Positions 22,037 through 33,359 of a stretch of 64,000 nt of DNA are shown here, piece by piece (position 1 is the first letter of the stretch; every line of letters starts with the position of its first letter). The DNA comes from Thermotogota bacterium (GTDB lineage Bacteria; Thermotogota; Thermotogae; UBA12178). Below the pieces are notes generated by a model. It saw only the letters and a program-made list of their open reading frames with translations. It was not told the DNA's origin and made no database searches. Both the position numbers and the translations under genes were made by a program. The DNA is taken from contig JAGGZV010000037.1 of the NCBI GenBank assembly GCA_021161835.1, forward strand, positions 21,806 to 85,805, read 5' to 3'.

Positions 22037-22063
22037 AGTTTAACATATTAAAGTTTAACATAT
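22037..22063 (-). promoter_or_regulatory. Tandem ATATGTTAAACT repeat (extended -10-like) upstream of the CNNM gene
   Basis: Exact 12-mer AGTTTAACATAT on the + strand at 22037 and 22052. Confidence 0.45.
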
Positions 22064-22081
22064 CCTGCTCCACCGGATGAT

Positions 22082-22975
22082 TCACCTTCTGACAACCAGC
22101 ACCAGCGCTCCAAGTATCAAGATGGTTCCAATCAAACCATTCATCAAGGGCGTTTCACCCAGCAATATGAATGCCAGAATCATGGAAAGGGGAGGTTTTA
22201 TGAAGAAAACCATAGAAGCGGGTAACGAACCCCAGGATCTTACGATGTGTATGTACACCATATAAGCCACTCCTGTCACTCCCAGTCCAAGATAGATGAG
22301 CGCCGCTATGTTGGAAAAGCTGAAAGAAGATGGTGGAGGGATTATGAATGGAAGCAACGGCAGGTAAAGCAGAGAGGAGAAAAAGGAAGAGTAAGCGGTG
22401 ACACTCAAGGAGTCATATTTTTCAGAAAGTGGCTTCATGAGTATGGTATAGATGGCGAAAGCGAAAGGTGCAAGCAGGCCAAAAATTAGCCATCTCACAT
22501 CGTGCATCCTCATATCGCGCCCCATGATCAACACACCTGTAAATCCCAACACAATTCCGAAGATGCTTTTAATACTTATCTTTTCCTTTATGATTAAAGG
22601 AGCAAGGAGAGCAACGAATATTGGATTGGACGCGATTAGAGTGGCTGTTCCCGAAGCTGTACCATATTTAACGGCCAATTGCAGGGCTCCCATGGCAATC
22701 ACGGTGTTGGTAAAACCTACGAACACCAGCTTAACAACATCCCATGCTGGTATAATACGCTTTTTCAGAAACATGAGAAATGTTCCTCCTATGAAAAACC
22801 TCACGAATGTTACAAATAACGGATTCATAGTATACATGAGTGGTTTGCTGATCACTTCCATGCTGGAGAAAAGCATCGCCACCACAAGAAGCGATGTCAG
22901 TTTGGTTCTGATGCCATTTACCTTTATAGTTAAAAAAATCACTTCCTGTTTCCTCCACCATGCCCCCATTTTCAC
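22082..22975 (-). CDS. DMT/EamA family transporter
   Basis: About 10 TM helices in two EamA-like repeats; start position uncertain. Confidence 0.85.
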   Translation of the reverse strand: MKMGAWWRKQEVIFLTIKVNGIRTKLTSLLVVAMLFSSMEVISKPLMYTMNPLFVTFVRFFIGGTFLMFLKKRIIPAWDVVKLVFVGFTNTVIAMGALQLAVKYGTASGTATLIASNPIFVALLAPLIIKEKISIKSIFGIVLGFTGVLIMGRDMRMHDVRWLIFGLLAPFAFAIYTILMKPLSEKYDSLSVTAYSSFFSSLLYLPLLPFIIPPPSSFSFSNIAALIYLGLGVTGVAYMVYIHIVRSWGSLPASMVFFIKPPLSMILAFILLGETPLMNGLIGTILILGALVLVVRR

Positions 22976-23093
22976 TGAATTCTAACATACGTTATATAAT
23001 TGTTCACGTGGTAACGAACTTCCTTCAGATTTTCCGTAGCACCATCTCCCGGAGTGGGGGTAATCATGCGAGAAAAAGAGGAGGTAGAAAAGA

Positions 23094-24905
23094 TTGACTG
23101 AAACGGGTCCCAGCATAAGGAAACGAAGCAATGTACTGCTTTTCCTCAACATTCTGCTGGTGGTTTTAATGCTGATCATAACTTCTCTTTTTTTCTACAA
23201 TTTTCTGAAACTGCGCAGTGTGCATGCGCTGTACACCCTTCCGCGCCAGAGGCTGGCCGAAACCGCCGAAATGTTGCTGCGAGCAGCGATAAATTACAGG
23301 AACTATAAAGAAACTGGGGAAACGCACTATCTTCAGGAATACCTGGCTCTGACTCAGAACATCGTGACGAATCTGGAAGAACTGAAAAGCCAGCTCCCGG
23401 AGAGTCCAACGATCAAGAAAATACCCGAGATAATCGAAGCCCTCAAAAATCCAACAGATGAAACTTTCAAGGAAATGAGTGCCAGACTACACAAAATCCT
23501 GGATGATCTGATCACCGAACTACAATCACGACTTGACAAGATAGAAACTGTCGGAGTTATGCTGCTGATAACTTTGGTCATAGGAATGGCTTCCCTGCTG
23601 GTAACGTTCAGCTTCAGCAGACGATTCGTTGGCAGATACAGGTGGTTACTGAAACAGATCTCAGATTATGCTCTGAAAGTCATCAGAAACGAACCCAGAT
23701 TGTTTCCGCCAGCAATCTGGGAAGAAGAAAGGGAAGCGTTGAAAACCTTGAAAATAGTGGAGGATAACTTCGCCTTCATGAGGGTACTACTCGAACTGCC
23801 TGCCTTCGGCACTTTAGAAGATGTAATGCCTAAACTTTTCGAACTGGTTAAAATGGTTATCCCGTGTCAAAGAATATCACTCGCCTTCATAGATGCCTTC
23901 GGCAATGTGATAGAGGAAGCAACGGTTTCAGATTTTCCTGTAAAGCTGGATACGGGATTCTCGTGTGAAATAGAGTCCACGAGTCTCAAGAAACTGGTGG
24001 AAGTGCCCAAGGTCAGGATCATCAACGATCTTGAGCGTTATTATCGTCATGTTCGCAAATCCAGAGCAACGGAACTAATACTCAACGAGGGTATGAAATC
24101 CAGCCTTACAGCTCCGATAGTCATAAACGAGAAAACGGTGGGATTTCTCTTCATCAACAGTACTCACTCCAACGTCTACACTCTGGAACATTCCAAACTG
24201 CTTGAAATGCTTGTCAACACGATAAAAAGCAATATCTTTTATTCCTATATGGTGCAACAGCTTGTAGCAACGACTGCTTACACTCTCGCAGACATAGTGG
24301 AAGAGAGAGATTACGAAACAGGTAAACACCTATTTAGAGTTGCACATTACTCCTACGTGATCACGAAAAAACTTGCAGAGACAGGACTTTATCCCGAAAT
24401 AACACCAAAATACATGAGAGAAATACTGTGGTTCTCCCCACTGCACGATGTAGGAAAGGTAGGAATTCCCGACGCTGTACTCCTGAAACCAGGGAAATTG
24501 ACAGAAGAAGAATACGAAGAGATGAAAAAGCATGTGACAATAGGCGAAGAGATCCTGCGTCAAACCCAGCAGGAATTACGTCGGAAAGTACAAATGGATT
24601 TTCTGGAAATGGCCATAGAAATTGTAGCCAGCCATCATGAGAGATGGGACGGCAGAGGCTACCCCAGAGGATTGAAAGGAGAAGAAATTCCCTTATCCGG
24701 TCGAATAGTAGCCGTTGCGGATACTTTCGATGCGTTGACGAGTCACCGCCCTTATAAACCCGCATACGATTTTGATAGATCTATAGAAATAGTGAAATCG
24801 GAATCCGGCAAGCAATTCGATCCAAGAATCGTCGAAGTTTTTCTGAATTCCATGGACGAGATCAGAAGGATATTCGAAGAAAGCGGTGAAAATGGTGCTA
24901 AATGA
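23094..24905 (+). CDS. Membrane-anchored GAF + HD-GYP phosphodiesterase
   Basis: Two TM segments, a GAF-like region, LHDVGK, HHERWDGRGYP and RPYK. Confidence 0.9.
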   Translation: MTETGPSIRKRSNVLLFLNILLVVLMLIITSLFFYNFLKLRSVHALYTLPRQRLAETAEMLLRAAINYRNYKETGETHYLQEYLALTQNIVTNLEELKSQLPESPTIKKIPEIIEALKNPTDETFKEMSARLHKILDDLITELQSRLDKIETVGVMLLITLVIGMASLLVTFSFSRRFVGRYRWLLKQISDYALKVIRNEPRLFPPAIWEEEREALKTLKIVEDNFAFMRVLLELPAFGTLEDVMPKLFELVKMVIPCQRISLAFIDAFGNVIEEATVSDFPVKLDTGFSCEIESTSLKKLVEVPKVRIINDLERYYRHVRKSRATELILNEGMKSSLTAPIVINEKTVGFLFINSTHSNVYTLEHSKLLEMLVNTIKSNIFYSYMVQQLVATTAYTLADIVEERDYETGKHLFRVAHYSYVITKKLAETGLYPEITPKYMREILWFSPLHDVGKVGIPDAVLLKPGKLTEEEYEEMKKHVTIGEEILRQTQQELRRKVQMDFLEMAIEIVASHHERWDGRGYPRGLKGEEIPLSGRIVAVADTFDALTSHRPYKPAYDFDRSIEIVKSESGKQFDPRIVEVFLNSMDEIRRIFEESGENGAK

Positions 24906-25632
24906 ATACAGAGCCGATCTTCATCTGCACACATGCCTTTCGCCATGTGCAGATTTAACGATGGTCCCTTCGGTATTCGCACAAAAACTCACAGAAAAAA
25001 ACGTGGACTGGATTGCCATAACTGATCACAATACCTGCAGGAATGTGCCTGTCTTCAGTAAGGTACTACGGGATCATGGGATAGAGGTTATAACCGGTAT
25101 AGAAATCCAAACCAGAGAGGAAGTACACGTTCTCCTGTATTTTGAATCCTACGAAGAGGCGTTCGATTTCGAGATCACCATCGTGATGCCTCACTTGAAG
25201 AAAACGAAATTAAACCCTGAATTGCACGGTTACCAATTGCTGGTCAACGAGAAAGATGAATTCACGGAGCTGTACAACAATTGGCTGGGACAATCGCTGG
25301 ATCTTTCCACAGAAGAACTGGTGGAATACGCGCACAAGAAAGGCGCGATGGTTGTTTTCGCACACATTTTCAGAAGATTCGGTGTCATTCATCAGCTTGG
25401 GATTCCTCCCGATACCAGATGTGAAGCTGTGGAAATCTGCTCCACATCAGAACTCGAGAGGGCAAAAACGATGTTTAAAGGTTCAACCGTGATATTATCC
25501 AGCGATGCGCATTTCCCCGACCAAATTGGGAGCAGAAACTGTGTGATCAGGGCAAACACGAGAAAGTTCCAGGAATTTAGGGATGCTATAGAGAAAGGGA
25601 GGATTCTCACAGAATGGGATTGCGCACATTGA
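24886..25632 (+). CDS. PHP-domain phosphoesterase
   Basis: DLHLHTCLSPC, AITDHN and SSDAH. Confidence 0.88.
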   Translation: MKMVLNEYRADLHLHTCLSPCADLTMVPSVFAQKLTEKNVDWIAITDHNTCRNVPVFSKVLRDHGIEVITGIEIQTREEVHVLLYFESYEEAFDFEITIVMPHLKKTKLNPELHGYQLLVNEKDEFTELYNNWLGQSLDLSTEELVEYAHKKGAMVVFAHIFRRFGVIHQLGIPPDTRCEAVEICSTSELERAKTMFKGSTVILSSDAHFPDQIGSRNCVIRANTRKFQEFRDAIEKGRILTEWDCAH

Positions 25633-26168
25633 GCGATCACCTGCTTGATATGGTGCAGAATGCCATGGCATCTGGGGCGAACAAGATCGAGATTCATGTA
25701 ATGCAAGATGAAGGAACTTTCTCCTTCGTTGTACGGGACGATGGCAAAGGAATGGATGAAGAAACCCTGAAAAAGGCTCTGGATCCATTTTACACCACTA
25801 AGAAAGAGAGAAGGAAAAAAGTAGGATTGGGACTGCCAATGTTGAAATTCGCCACCGAGATCACAGGTGGTGAGTTCTCGATACGATCCTCTCCTGGTGA
25901 GGGAACGGAGGTGAAAGCTTCCTTTAACACTGAACACGTGGATTGTCAACCGCTGGGCGATCTCAAAGATTGCATATTCACCATTCTCACAGGCAACAAC
26001 GAGGATATTGAGATAACGATAAAACGCTGTAAAAAAGATAATTGCTATATTATCGAATCCGGGAAAGTGGAGGAATTCATGGGAAAGGAGTGGCGATCTG
26101 ATCCCGTAAGAATGAAGATGCTGTACAATATGATCGAGCAGCTCGAAAATTCACTGCACGAGGAGTGA
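25614..26168 (+). CDS. Stand-alone GHKL (HATPase_c) ATP-binding protein
   Basis: N box (QNA), DDGKGM, DPFYTTK and GLGLP; no HisKA domain. Confidence 0.85.
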   Translation: MGLRTLSDHLLDMVQNAMASGANKIEIHVMQDEGTFSFVVRDDGKGMDEETLKKALDPFYTTKKERRKKVGLGLPMLKFATEITGGEFSIRSSPGEGTEVKASFNTEHVDCQPLGDLKDCIFTILTGNNEDIEITIKRCKKDNCYIIESGKVEEFMGKEWRSDPVRMKMLYNMIEQLENSLHEE

Positions 26169-28459
26169 AAAATATGAGAAGATTCATCACGATCGCTGTT
26201 TACACACTGATGGGATTGCTACTTACAGGCGTTGTTGTGGACAAAATAGTGGTCGAAGGCAACGTTACCATACCCGCGAGTGAAATACTGAATGTAGCTG
26301 GTTTGAAGGCTGGTGAAGATATCTTCACACTGGACATTCAGATAGCCGGACGCAAGATACTCGACTACGGTTACTTCTCCAAAGTGGATTTCGATATAGG
26401 GAAAGATGTTACTGCAACGATCCTGAAGATAAAAGTCGTAGAAAATCCCGTGGTGAAGGATTATGTCATAGACGTTGAAGGCCCCAAACTGGTGGACTTG
26501 AACAAACAAGCCACCATCGTGACGATCGAAAAAGGTAAAGCCCTTTCCTTAAAGAACCTCAGGGAAACCATGGAAAATATAAGGGAAGCTTACTATTCCG
26601 CCGGATACGTTCTCGTGGATGTGCAGACCAACGTGCAGGTGATGGAAGATCGCGTTGTGGTACCCGAAAATACAGTTAAGATAACGGTAAGGGAGTTTGC
26701 CATATGGGATGTAGAAATAGAGGGTGATCTACCAGAGGAAGAAATCAAATACCTGCGTTCACTCATCAACGTGCCATTGTACAAAGATTACGTATCCAAA
26801 ACACCCATAGAAAAACTGTTCATCTCCGAAAAATCACAATATCCCAAACTGGTGGACATACAGAGAACGCGCGCCAATCTCAGCAAAGTGTATTACATGG
26901 GACCTTCCTCCACCTTTGATCTCAAGGTTTACGATGAGAACAAAAGGCTGCTCCTCCTGAAAATACGTGTCGTACCGCCGAAAATCATCGATGGAATCGA
27001 ACGCATTGACACAGTGAACATAGAAGGAAACAGAATCCTGAAAACGCAAGATTTGCTCAAAAAATTGAGCTTTGAACCCGGTGAATATGACAACACATCT
27101 GTAGCCGTACTCATGGATCATCTGCGACGTGTTTACGAGGAGGAAGGCTATGTATCTGTGAAGTTCTTTCCGAACGTTGAAGAAGGGAAATTGAATGTGA
27201 AGATAGAAGAACTACCCGTCGTGAAGATAGAAATTGAGGGCCTGAATAAAACCAGAGAATACCTTATAGAAGACTCGTTAAAAATATCGATGGGTAAACC
27301 CCTGAACCTGAAAGAAATCGCGGAAACGTATAGAAACCTGCACGTACTCGGATACTTCGAAGAAATAAACATCATACCATCGGAAGAAGCCACGGGAATA
27401 AAGGTGAGCATACACCTAAAGGAAGATGTGAAACCCCGCAAATTCATGTTTGGAGGCACCTGGACCCCACCGGAAGACATGAAAGATCCTTCGGATTTTG
27501 TAAGAGAGATCTTCAACATAAAAAACTGGCTCGGATATCTCGATTTTGAGGTACTGAACCCATTTGGGTATGGCCAGACATTTGGCGTAAAGCTCAATGC
27601 TGGTGTTAAAAGTGCGAGCGGTTCACTGACTTATTCGGTACCGAAATTGCTCGGCTCCAATATAAACTTTTCCCTATCCTACGGTTATGAGGACACCACC
27701 ACATCTGACACCGTCAGAGTATCAGACCCTTCTATAGCCACCGTGACCACCGCAACACGGACACAGGTGTGGAAACTTGTGCCCGACATATCCTACAGAT
27801 TCACCGAAAAGGATCGAGCGGGATTGAACCTCACCATCACCAGGGGTAAAAAGATCACCGAAATCGCTACATATACAGGTGTATCAACCCTTACAACTTC
27901 AACGGAATCACCCAACAATGTTGTTCAAATGGGAATATACTTCAATCATGTGGATTGGGACGATCCGTTCTACCCTATGGACGGCTGGTATCTATACGCA
28001 GGTTACTGGCGGGCAGGATTGACACCTGAGGATTCTTTTGCTTTCGATAAAGCGCTACTTGATTCTCGCATTTATCTGAAGCTACATGAAAATCTATCCT
28101 GGGCATCGAGACTAAAATTGGGATACATGTGGAATATCTCGGGTTCACCGGAATACTTCAGCATTGGAGGTCCCACCAGCGTCAGGGGATTCGCCGATTT
28201 ACTCTCCGGACCTGCCATGTATCTTCTCAACACAGAGTTGAGGCAGAAAGTGATGTCGAGTGGAAACAATCTCGATATCTACGCTGTGGCCTTTCTGGAT
28301 CTGGGATACGCGGGAAAAGAATTTCGATATTCCGAAGCTCTGCGCAGCTTCGGGATAGGAATGCACCTGAAAATTCCTGTGATCGGAGTTTTTAGATTCG
28401 ATTTTGCATATGCAAATGAAAAGTGGAACTGGAGTTTTGGATTTGGGGTGATGTTCTGA
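26165..28459 (+). CDS. bamA: Omp85/BamA-family outer-membrane assembly factor
   Basis: Signal peptide, POTRA-like repeats, GGPTSVRGF and a C-terminal Phe. Confidence 0.85.
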   Translation: MKNMRRFITIAVYTLMGLLLTGVVVDKIVVEGNVTIPASEILNVAGLKAGEDIFTLDIQIAGRKILDYGYFSKVDFDIGKDVTATILKIKVVENPVVKDYVIDVEGPKLVDLNKQATIVTIEKGKALSLKNLRETMENIREAYYSAGYVLVDVQTNVQVMEDRVVVPENTVKITVREFAIWDVEIEGDLPEEEIKYLRSLINVPLYKDYVSKTPIEKLFISEKSQYPKLVDIQRTRANLSKVYYMGPSSTFDLKVYDENKRLLLLKIRVVPPKIIDGIERIDTVNIEGNRILKTQDLLKKLSFEPGEYDNTSVAVLMDHLRRVYEEEGYVSVKFFPNVEEGKLNVKIEELPVVKIEIEGLNKTREYLIEDSLKISMGKPLNLKEIAETYRNLHVLGYFEEINIIPSEEATGIKVSIHLKEDVKPRKFMFGGTWTPPEDMKDPSDFVREIFNIKNWLGYLDFEVLNPFGYGQTFGVKLNAGVKSASGSLTYSVPKLLGSNINFSLSYGYEDTTTSDTVRVSDPSIATVTTATRTQVWKLVPDISYRFTEKDRAGLNLTITRGKKITEIATYTGVSTLTTSTESPNNVVQMGIYFNHVDWDDPFYPMDGWYLYAGYWRAGLTPEDSFAFDKALLDSRIYLKLHENLSWASRLKLGYMWNISGSPEYFSIGGPTSVRGFADLLSGPAMYLLNTELRQKVMSSGNNLDIYAVAFLDLGYAGKEFRYSEALRSFGIGMHLKIPVIGVFRFDFAYANEKWNWSFGFGVMF

Positions 28460-30184
28460 ATGAAAAAGTTGAAACGCAGAGGCGAACTGTTCCTCCTGCT
28501 AGGGCTTCTGATCATAGTGGGGGTGTGGATCTATATACAACGTGTAGAATTCCTTGCAGATCTACGTTACGCCCTTACACACCCTTATGTGACCCTGCTC
28601 ATATTTCTGATCACCTATCTCGCAGACAGGATGACGATTGCTTACGGGGATTTCAAACTCGTTACCAACGTGGTTGGAGTCATGTCAGCCGTCATGTTCC
28701 TGGGATGGCGTATTGCCTCCCTCTTCCCCGTTGTGGTGTTCCTAAGACCAAAGCAGACCGAGGCGGAGGACATCGCAGGTAAGCTCAGAATATTTTCACG
28801 TTACGTTTTCACGTATTACGTAGCGGGAGTGTTCATGAGTCTGGTTCCACACAACATGATATGGTTGCGAATAATAGTGTATCTAGTCGTTGCCAAGCTG
28901 GTGAACTATTTGCTGGTAGATTTCATGGTGTATGGTAGACCGCCGAACAAACTCCTGCTCGGTGAATTCGCATTCTTTCTGGGGCTCACTCCTTCCTTCA
29001 TTGCCATAGGTTATGCAACGAACCTCACCTTGAAGACGATCTATCTCTCCCTTCCCATGATAACTCTGATTGCCAGTAATCAGACTCTAAGGGCGATGAT
29101 GCTGGCCTGGAAAGAACGCGAAGATAGAAAGAGACTGGAAAAGGTGAACAACCAGTTGATGAACCTCCTCTCTATGATGCGATTCATCAGGGCCACCGTC
29201 TCACCGGAAAAAGTTTTGAAAGATATAGCCACGGTTATGGGCAAAGGTTTTGGATACAAATACGTTCTGGTGAACCTTTTCGACAGAAACTCGGGCCTAG
29301 TGGAAAGACTCGCATATTATGGTATGTCGGAAGAAGATTTCAAACGTTTGAAAGAGAATCCACCGACCATTGAGGAAGTTATCGCACTCTTCGAAGATAA
29401 GTTCAAGGTGAGCAAATCCTACTTCATACCGGAAGGTGAGCTCCCACTCGACGAATCCAAAGTCTTCTTCGGAGAATACGACACACCAACTGACGAAACC
29501 AACTGGCATCCAGGGGATATGTTCCTGGTTCCCATATACGATCTGGATGAGAACATAATAGGTTACATTTCTCTTGATGGGCCACTCAGTGGAAAACGCC
29601 CCATAATAGAGGATATCAGGTTCATAGAGATAGTTGCTGAAATAACGGGAAGAGTCATACAGGATTCTTTCAAATATCTGGAAACCCTGGAAAGCTCTTT
29701 CCTTGATGCGATGACCGGTCTGCTCAACCACGCGACTTTCTATACGCGCCTGGATTCTTTCATAAAGCTTGAAAAACACTTTTCCATAGCCATGATGGAT
29801 ATGGACGATTTCAAAAGGATCAACGATCAGTACGGTCACAGGGTGGGTGACAGTGTGCTTCGCGCTTTGGCCGATTTCTTGAAGGCCAGTTTCAGAAGTG
29901 ACGACGTTGTCGCCAGATACGGTGGCGACGAATTCTCGGTGATCCTACCGGGTGTGGGAGCAGAAAAAGCCAAGAATATTCTGGAGAGGGTAATAAAAGG
30001 TGTGGCGGAACTCAAACCTTTAGGCATAAAGACCAGCATAAGTGCGGGCATAAGCCACTTTCCTTCGGATGCCACGACTTCGAATGAACTCGTGGAAAAA
30101 GCTGACATGGCACTTTACAGAGCGAAAAGGATGGGAAAAGGGCAGGTTGTACTGTATAGAGAACTGGAAAGTGTTGGGGAGTGA
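28460..30184 (+). CDS. Membrane sensor GAF-GGDEF diguanylate cyclase
   Basis: Multi-TM N-terminus, DAMTGL, RSDD I-site and intact GGDEF. Confidence 0.92.
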   Translation: MKKLKRRGELFLLLGLLIIVGVWIYIQRVEFLADLRYALTHPYVTLLIFLITYLADRMTIAYGDFKLVTNVVGVMSAVMFLGWRIASLFPVVVFLRPKQTEAEDIAGKLRIFSRYVFTYYVAGVFMSLVPHNMIWLRIIVYLVVAKLVNYLLVDFMVYGRPPNKLLLGEFAFFLGLTPSFIAIGYATNLTLKTIYLSLPMITLIASNQTLRAMMLAWKEREDRKRLEKVNNQLMNLLSMMRFIRATVSPEKVLKDIATVMGKGFGYKYVLVNLFDRNSGLVERLAYYGMSEEDFKRLKENPPTIEEVIALFEDKFKVSKSYFIPEGELPLDESKVFFGEYDTPTDETNWHPGDMFLVPIYDLDENIIGYISLDGPLSGKRPIIEDIRFIEIVAEITGRVIQDSFKYLETLESSFLDAMTGLLNHATFYTRLDSFIKLEKHFSIAMMDMDDFKRINDQYGHRVGDSVLRALADFLKASFRSDDVVARYGGDEFSVILPGVGAEKAKNILERVIKGVAELKPLGIKTSISAGISHFPSDATTSNELVEKADMALYRAKRMGKGQVVLYRELESVGE

Positions 30185-30191
30185 GAATCAG

Positions 30192-31055
30192 ATGCTGGTG
30201 TTGCAAACGGTGAACGAGATGAAGGAATACGCACGAAAGGCGAGAAAAGAAGGCAAAAAAATAGGTTTTGTACCAACCATGGGTTACCTTCACGATGGGC
30301 ATCTCTCCCTCGTTAGAAAAGCGAGAGATGAAAATGACCTCGTGGTGGTAAGCATATTCGTGAATCCCACGCAGTTTGGTCCAAACGAAGACTACGATCG
30401 ATATCCCCGGGATCTCAAAAGAGACCTGAAGATCTTGAAAGAAGAAAAAGTGGATGTCGCTTTCGTACCGTCAGTTGGAGAAATGTATCCTGCAGGTTAC
30501 TCAACCTATGTCTATGTCGAGAGACTCTCCAGCATTCTGTGTGGACGCTCTCGTCCTGGACATTTTAGAGGTGTGGCAACGATTGTACTGAAACTTTTCA
30601 ATATAGTGATGCCCACCAGAGCGTATTTCGGTCAAAAAGACGCACAGCAATTCCGGATAATAAGAAAGATGGTAGAAGATCTTAACCTGGATGTGGAGCT
30701 GGTGGAATGCCCTATAATACGTGAAGAAGATGGTCTGGCCATGAGTTCTCGCAACCTATATCTGTCACCCGAGGAAAGGAAACAGGCCGTGGCTCTTTAC
30801 GAATCTTTGAAACTGGCACAGGAACTCTACGATTCCGGTGAAAGGAATGTGAATAAGATCAAGAATGCGATGCGTTGTAAGATTGCCGAGTATCCGCTGG
30901 TAAGAATCGATTACATAGAAGTGGTTACGGAAGACACTCTTGAAAGTGTGGAACATATGGAGGAAAACAGAGAATACATTGTAGCCGTTGCCGCCTACTT
31001 GGGAAAAGCCAGATTGATCGACAACATCATTCTGGGGAGGCAACGGAAATCTTGA
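30192..31055 (+). CDS. panC: Pantoate--beta-alanine ligase
   Basis: [26 protein letters not shown] and MSSRN. Start set at ATG 30192. Confidence 0.96.
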   Translation: MLVLQTVNEMKEYARKARKEGKKIGFVPTMGYLHDGHLSLVRKARDENDLVVVSIFVNPTQFGPNEDYDRYPRDLKRDLKILKEEKVDVAFVPSVGEMYPAGYSTYVYVERLSSILCGRSRPGHFRGVATIVLKLFNIVMPTRAYFGQKDAQQFRIIRKMVEDLNLDVELVECPIIREEDGLAMSSRNLYLSPEERKQAVALYESLKLAQELYDSGERNVNKIKNAMRCKIAEYPLVRIDYIEVVTEDTLESVEHMEENREYIVAVAAYLGKARLIDNIILGRQRKS

Positions 31056-32614
31056 TCCTTTCCCTGAGTGCCGAAAACTTCGGTATTTTTGGCGAACTTC
31101 ATGTGGAATTCTCGAAGGGTCTGAATGTCATCACAGGCTCTTCAGGAGCAGGCAAATCCATGTTACTCGAACTCATTCTCCTGCTCTGTGGAGCCAGAGC
31201 CAGTGTGCCTGTATTCACGGAAAGAGCCTACGCTGAAATGTTGCTGGATACAGGGAAAGAAGAACCACTCATAGTCAGCCTGCGATCTCTGAGGGGAAGA
31301 TTGAACTATCGATTGAACGGTGAGAGTGTTCCGAGAACAACGGTATACAACACGTTGGAAGAACTTGTAGAGATACACAAACAAGGTGTTACGTGGACCC
31401 TCACACGCAGAAATGTTCAGAGCGGTTTCATAGATCGTCTGGTTCCCGAAGAGCTACTCAAAGAGTATTCGAAGATATACAGAGAATACAGAAAATACAG
31501 GGACATATTGAATACCATCGAGGATGTCAACGAGCTGGAAGTGAGGAGAGATTACCTCAAGAGTGAAACGAGAAAATTGAAAGAATTGCTGGAGAATATC
31601 GAAGATGAAGAAAGGTTTATGGACGAAGTGAAGACACAGGAAAATGCAGAGATGATTCGTGAAAATGCTCAGCAGCTGAAGGATGTACTTGAAAAGGGAA
31701 AGGAAAATCTTGTGGAAGCCTTCGGCATAGCCGAAAATATGGAAAGATTGGGTATACGTACTTTCAAGGAAATGATACAGGATATCCTGGAAACCACGAA
31801 CGAACTCATCAGGATGGCGGATGAAAAAATGATGGAAATGGATACGATGGATGCAGATACACTGGAACACCTCAGGAAACTCTCCGAGCTTCTGAGATGG
31901 GCAAAGTACAAATATGGGCCAGCTCTAGAGGAAATCAGGAAAAACTACTCCATCATGGAAAAAGAAATCCAGGAAATCGATGAAAAATTGAAACTGGTGG
32001 AAAGAGCCAGGAATGAGATTATTGAAGTGCGTATGAGATTGAAAGAGGTGGGAGAAAAGTTAGAATCTCTTCGCGCAGATGCCGCCGAACGGATAGAGAG
32101 CAAAGTGAAGGAACATCTGAAAGAGCTGGGAATGAAGGGTGCTGAAATAGAATTCATCTTCACCGAACGTGACGAACCTGGAGTTCACGGCTTAAAAGAT
32201 GTGGTACTGAATGTACGCACTATTGAAGATGCGCCCTTTGCGCCCATTGAAGAGGTGGCATCGGGTGGTGAGCTTTCCAGAATATATCTTGCACTGAATT
32301 TGACAACTCAAACCAGAAATAAAATCCTTATCTTCGACGAGGTGGAAAGTGGTTTGGGACAACGATATGCCAATGTACTCGCACGTTTTATGAAAAGACT
32401 GGCACGTGATAATCAGGTTATACTGATAACCCACCTGCCCGAGATGGCGATGGCAGCAGAAAACCACATAGTAGTGAGGAAGGAAGGGAGCCACGCCAGG
32501 GTCGAGAAAGTTGAAGGTGAAGAGAAGATCCACGAATTAGTCCAGATGTACGGTGGAGGTGTATCACCCGAAGTGGTGAGAAAGGAGTACAGAAAATGGA
32601 AAGACACGAAGTGA
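31052..32614 (+). CDS. recN: DNA repair protein RecN (SMC-like)
   Basis: TGSSGAGKS, coiled coil, [15 protein letters not shown] and ITHLP. Confidence 0.88.
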   Translation: MILSLSAENFGIFGELHVEFSKGLNVITGSSGAGKSMLLELILLLCGARASVPVFTERAYAEMLLDTGKEEPLIVSLRSLRGRLNYRLNGESVPRTTVYNTLEELVEIHKQGVTWTLTRRNVQSGFIDRLVPEELLKEYSKIYREYRKYRDILNTIEDVNELEVRRDYLKSETRKLKELLENIEDEERFMDEVKTQENAEMIRENAQQLKDVLEKGKENLVEAFGIAENMERLGIRTFKEMIQDILETTNELIRMADEKMMEMDTMDADTLEHLRKLSELLRWAKYKYGPALEEIRKNYSIMEKEIQEIDEKLKLVERARNEIIEVRMRLKEVGEKLESLRADAAERIESKVKEHLKELGMKGAEIEFIFTERDEPGVHGLKDVVLNVRTIEDAPFAPIEEVASGGELSRIYLALNLTTQTRNKILIFDEVESGLGQRYANVLARFMKRLARDNQVILITHLPEMAMAAENHIVVRKEGSHARVEKVEGEEKIHELVQMYGGGVSPEVVRKEYRKWKDTK

Positions 32615-33237
32615 TACAGAAGATAGTTGATGAACTCGGAGAAAAGGCCATACCCAGATTGGTAGATATGCTGAAAAAGGAAGAGGATCCCGAGTTATGG
32701 GAACTGGTGTGCGATGCGCTGGCAGTGTTGGGAAATAAAGGTATGGAAGCGCTGTACAGCGTGTTCATGGAAGCCATCACCCCCCATCCCATACCCAACG
32801 ATCCCTTTCCACTTGTAATAGCAGGAATTCTGGCAGAACACAAGTACAAAAAAATCGAAAAACATCTACCTCTTCTCATGGAATATTACGATGAACTGGG
32901 GCAGCTGTTGATATACGACATGATGGTAGAACTGGGGAAATACCATGAAAAGCTCCCTGAAATCATCGCATATCATTTGCTGGATGAAGAAAGCGATCGG
33001 GAAGTGGTGGAAATTTCGGCGATGATACTAGGCAAGATGGCAACGGAAGAAAGTTTGCAGATCCTTCTGAATGCATACGAAAAGATCGAGGATCATTCCA
33101 TCCGTGCTATCATAGTGGAGGCAATATACAAATCTCTGGTGGAAAATCCCGCTCTCGAAAGCAGACTTCGCGATCACAACAGGAGTGAGGAAGTGCTCGA
33201 GAAAATGAGAATCTTCCTCGATACTTCCTCCTCTTAA
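32596..33237 (+). CDS. HEAT-repeat-like hypothetical protein
   Basis: Acidic, all-helical, HEAT-like repeats; overlaps the recN stop. Confidence 0.65.
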   Translation: MERHEVIQKIVDELGEKAIPRLVDMLKKEEDPELWELVCDALAVLGNKGMEALYSVFMEAITPHPIPNDPFPLVIAGILAEHKYKKIEKHLPLLMEYYDELGQLLIYDMMVELGKYHEKLPEIIAYHLLDEESDREVVEISAMILGKMATEESLQILLNAYEKIEDHSIRAIIVEAIYKSLVENPALESRLRDHNRSEEVLEKMRIFLDTSSS

Positions 33238-33359
33238 TTCCCCAATTGCCCACGTATTTGTTTCGTTCCTTGAACAAAATGTCTCTTCGTGGTGTCTGAA
33301 TAAGGTACGCAAATAACGAGAATGGTGATATGAGCATACCCAGATGTGGAGGTGGTGCT

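Noticed and set aside
22990..23090. Possible c-di-GMP or fluoride riboswitch between the DMT and HD-GYP genes
   Set aside because: Only weak hairpins, no recognisable consensus and no terminator.
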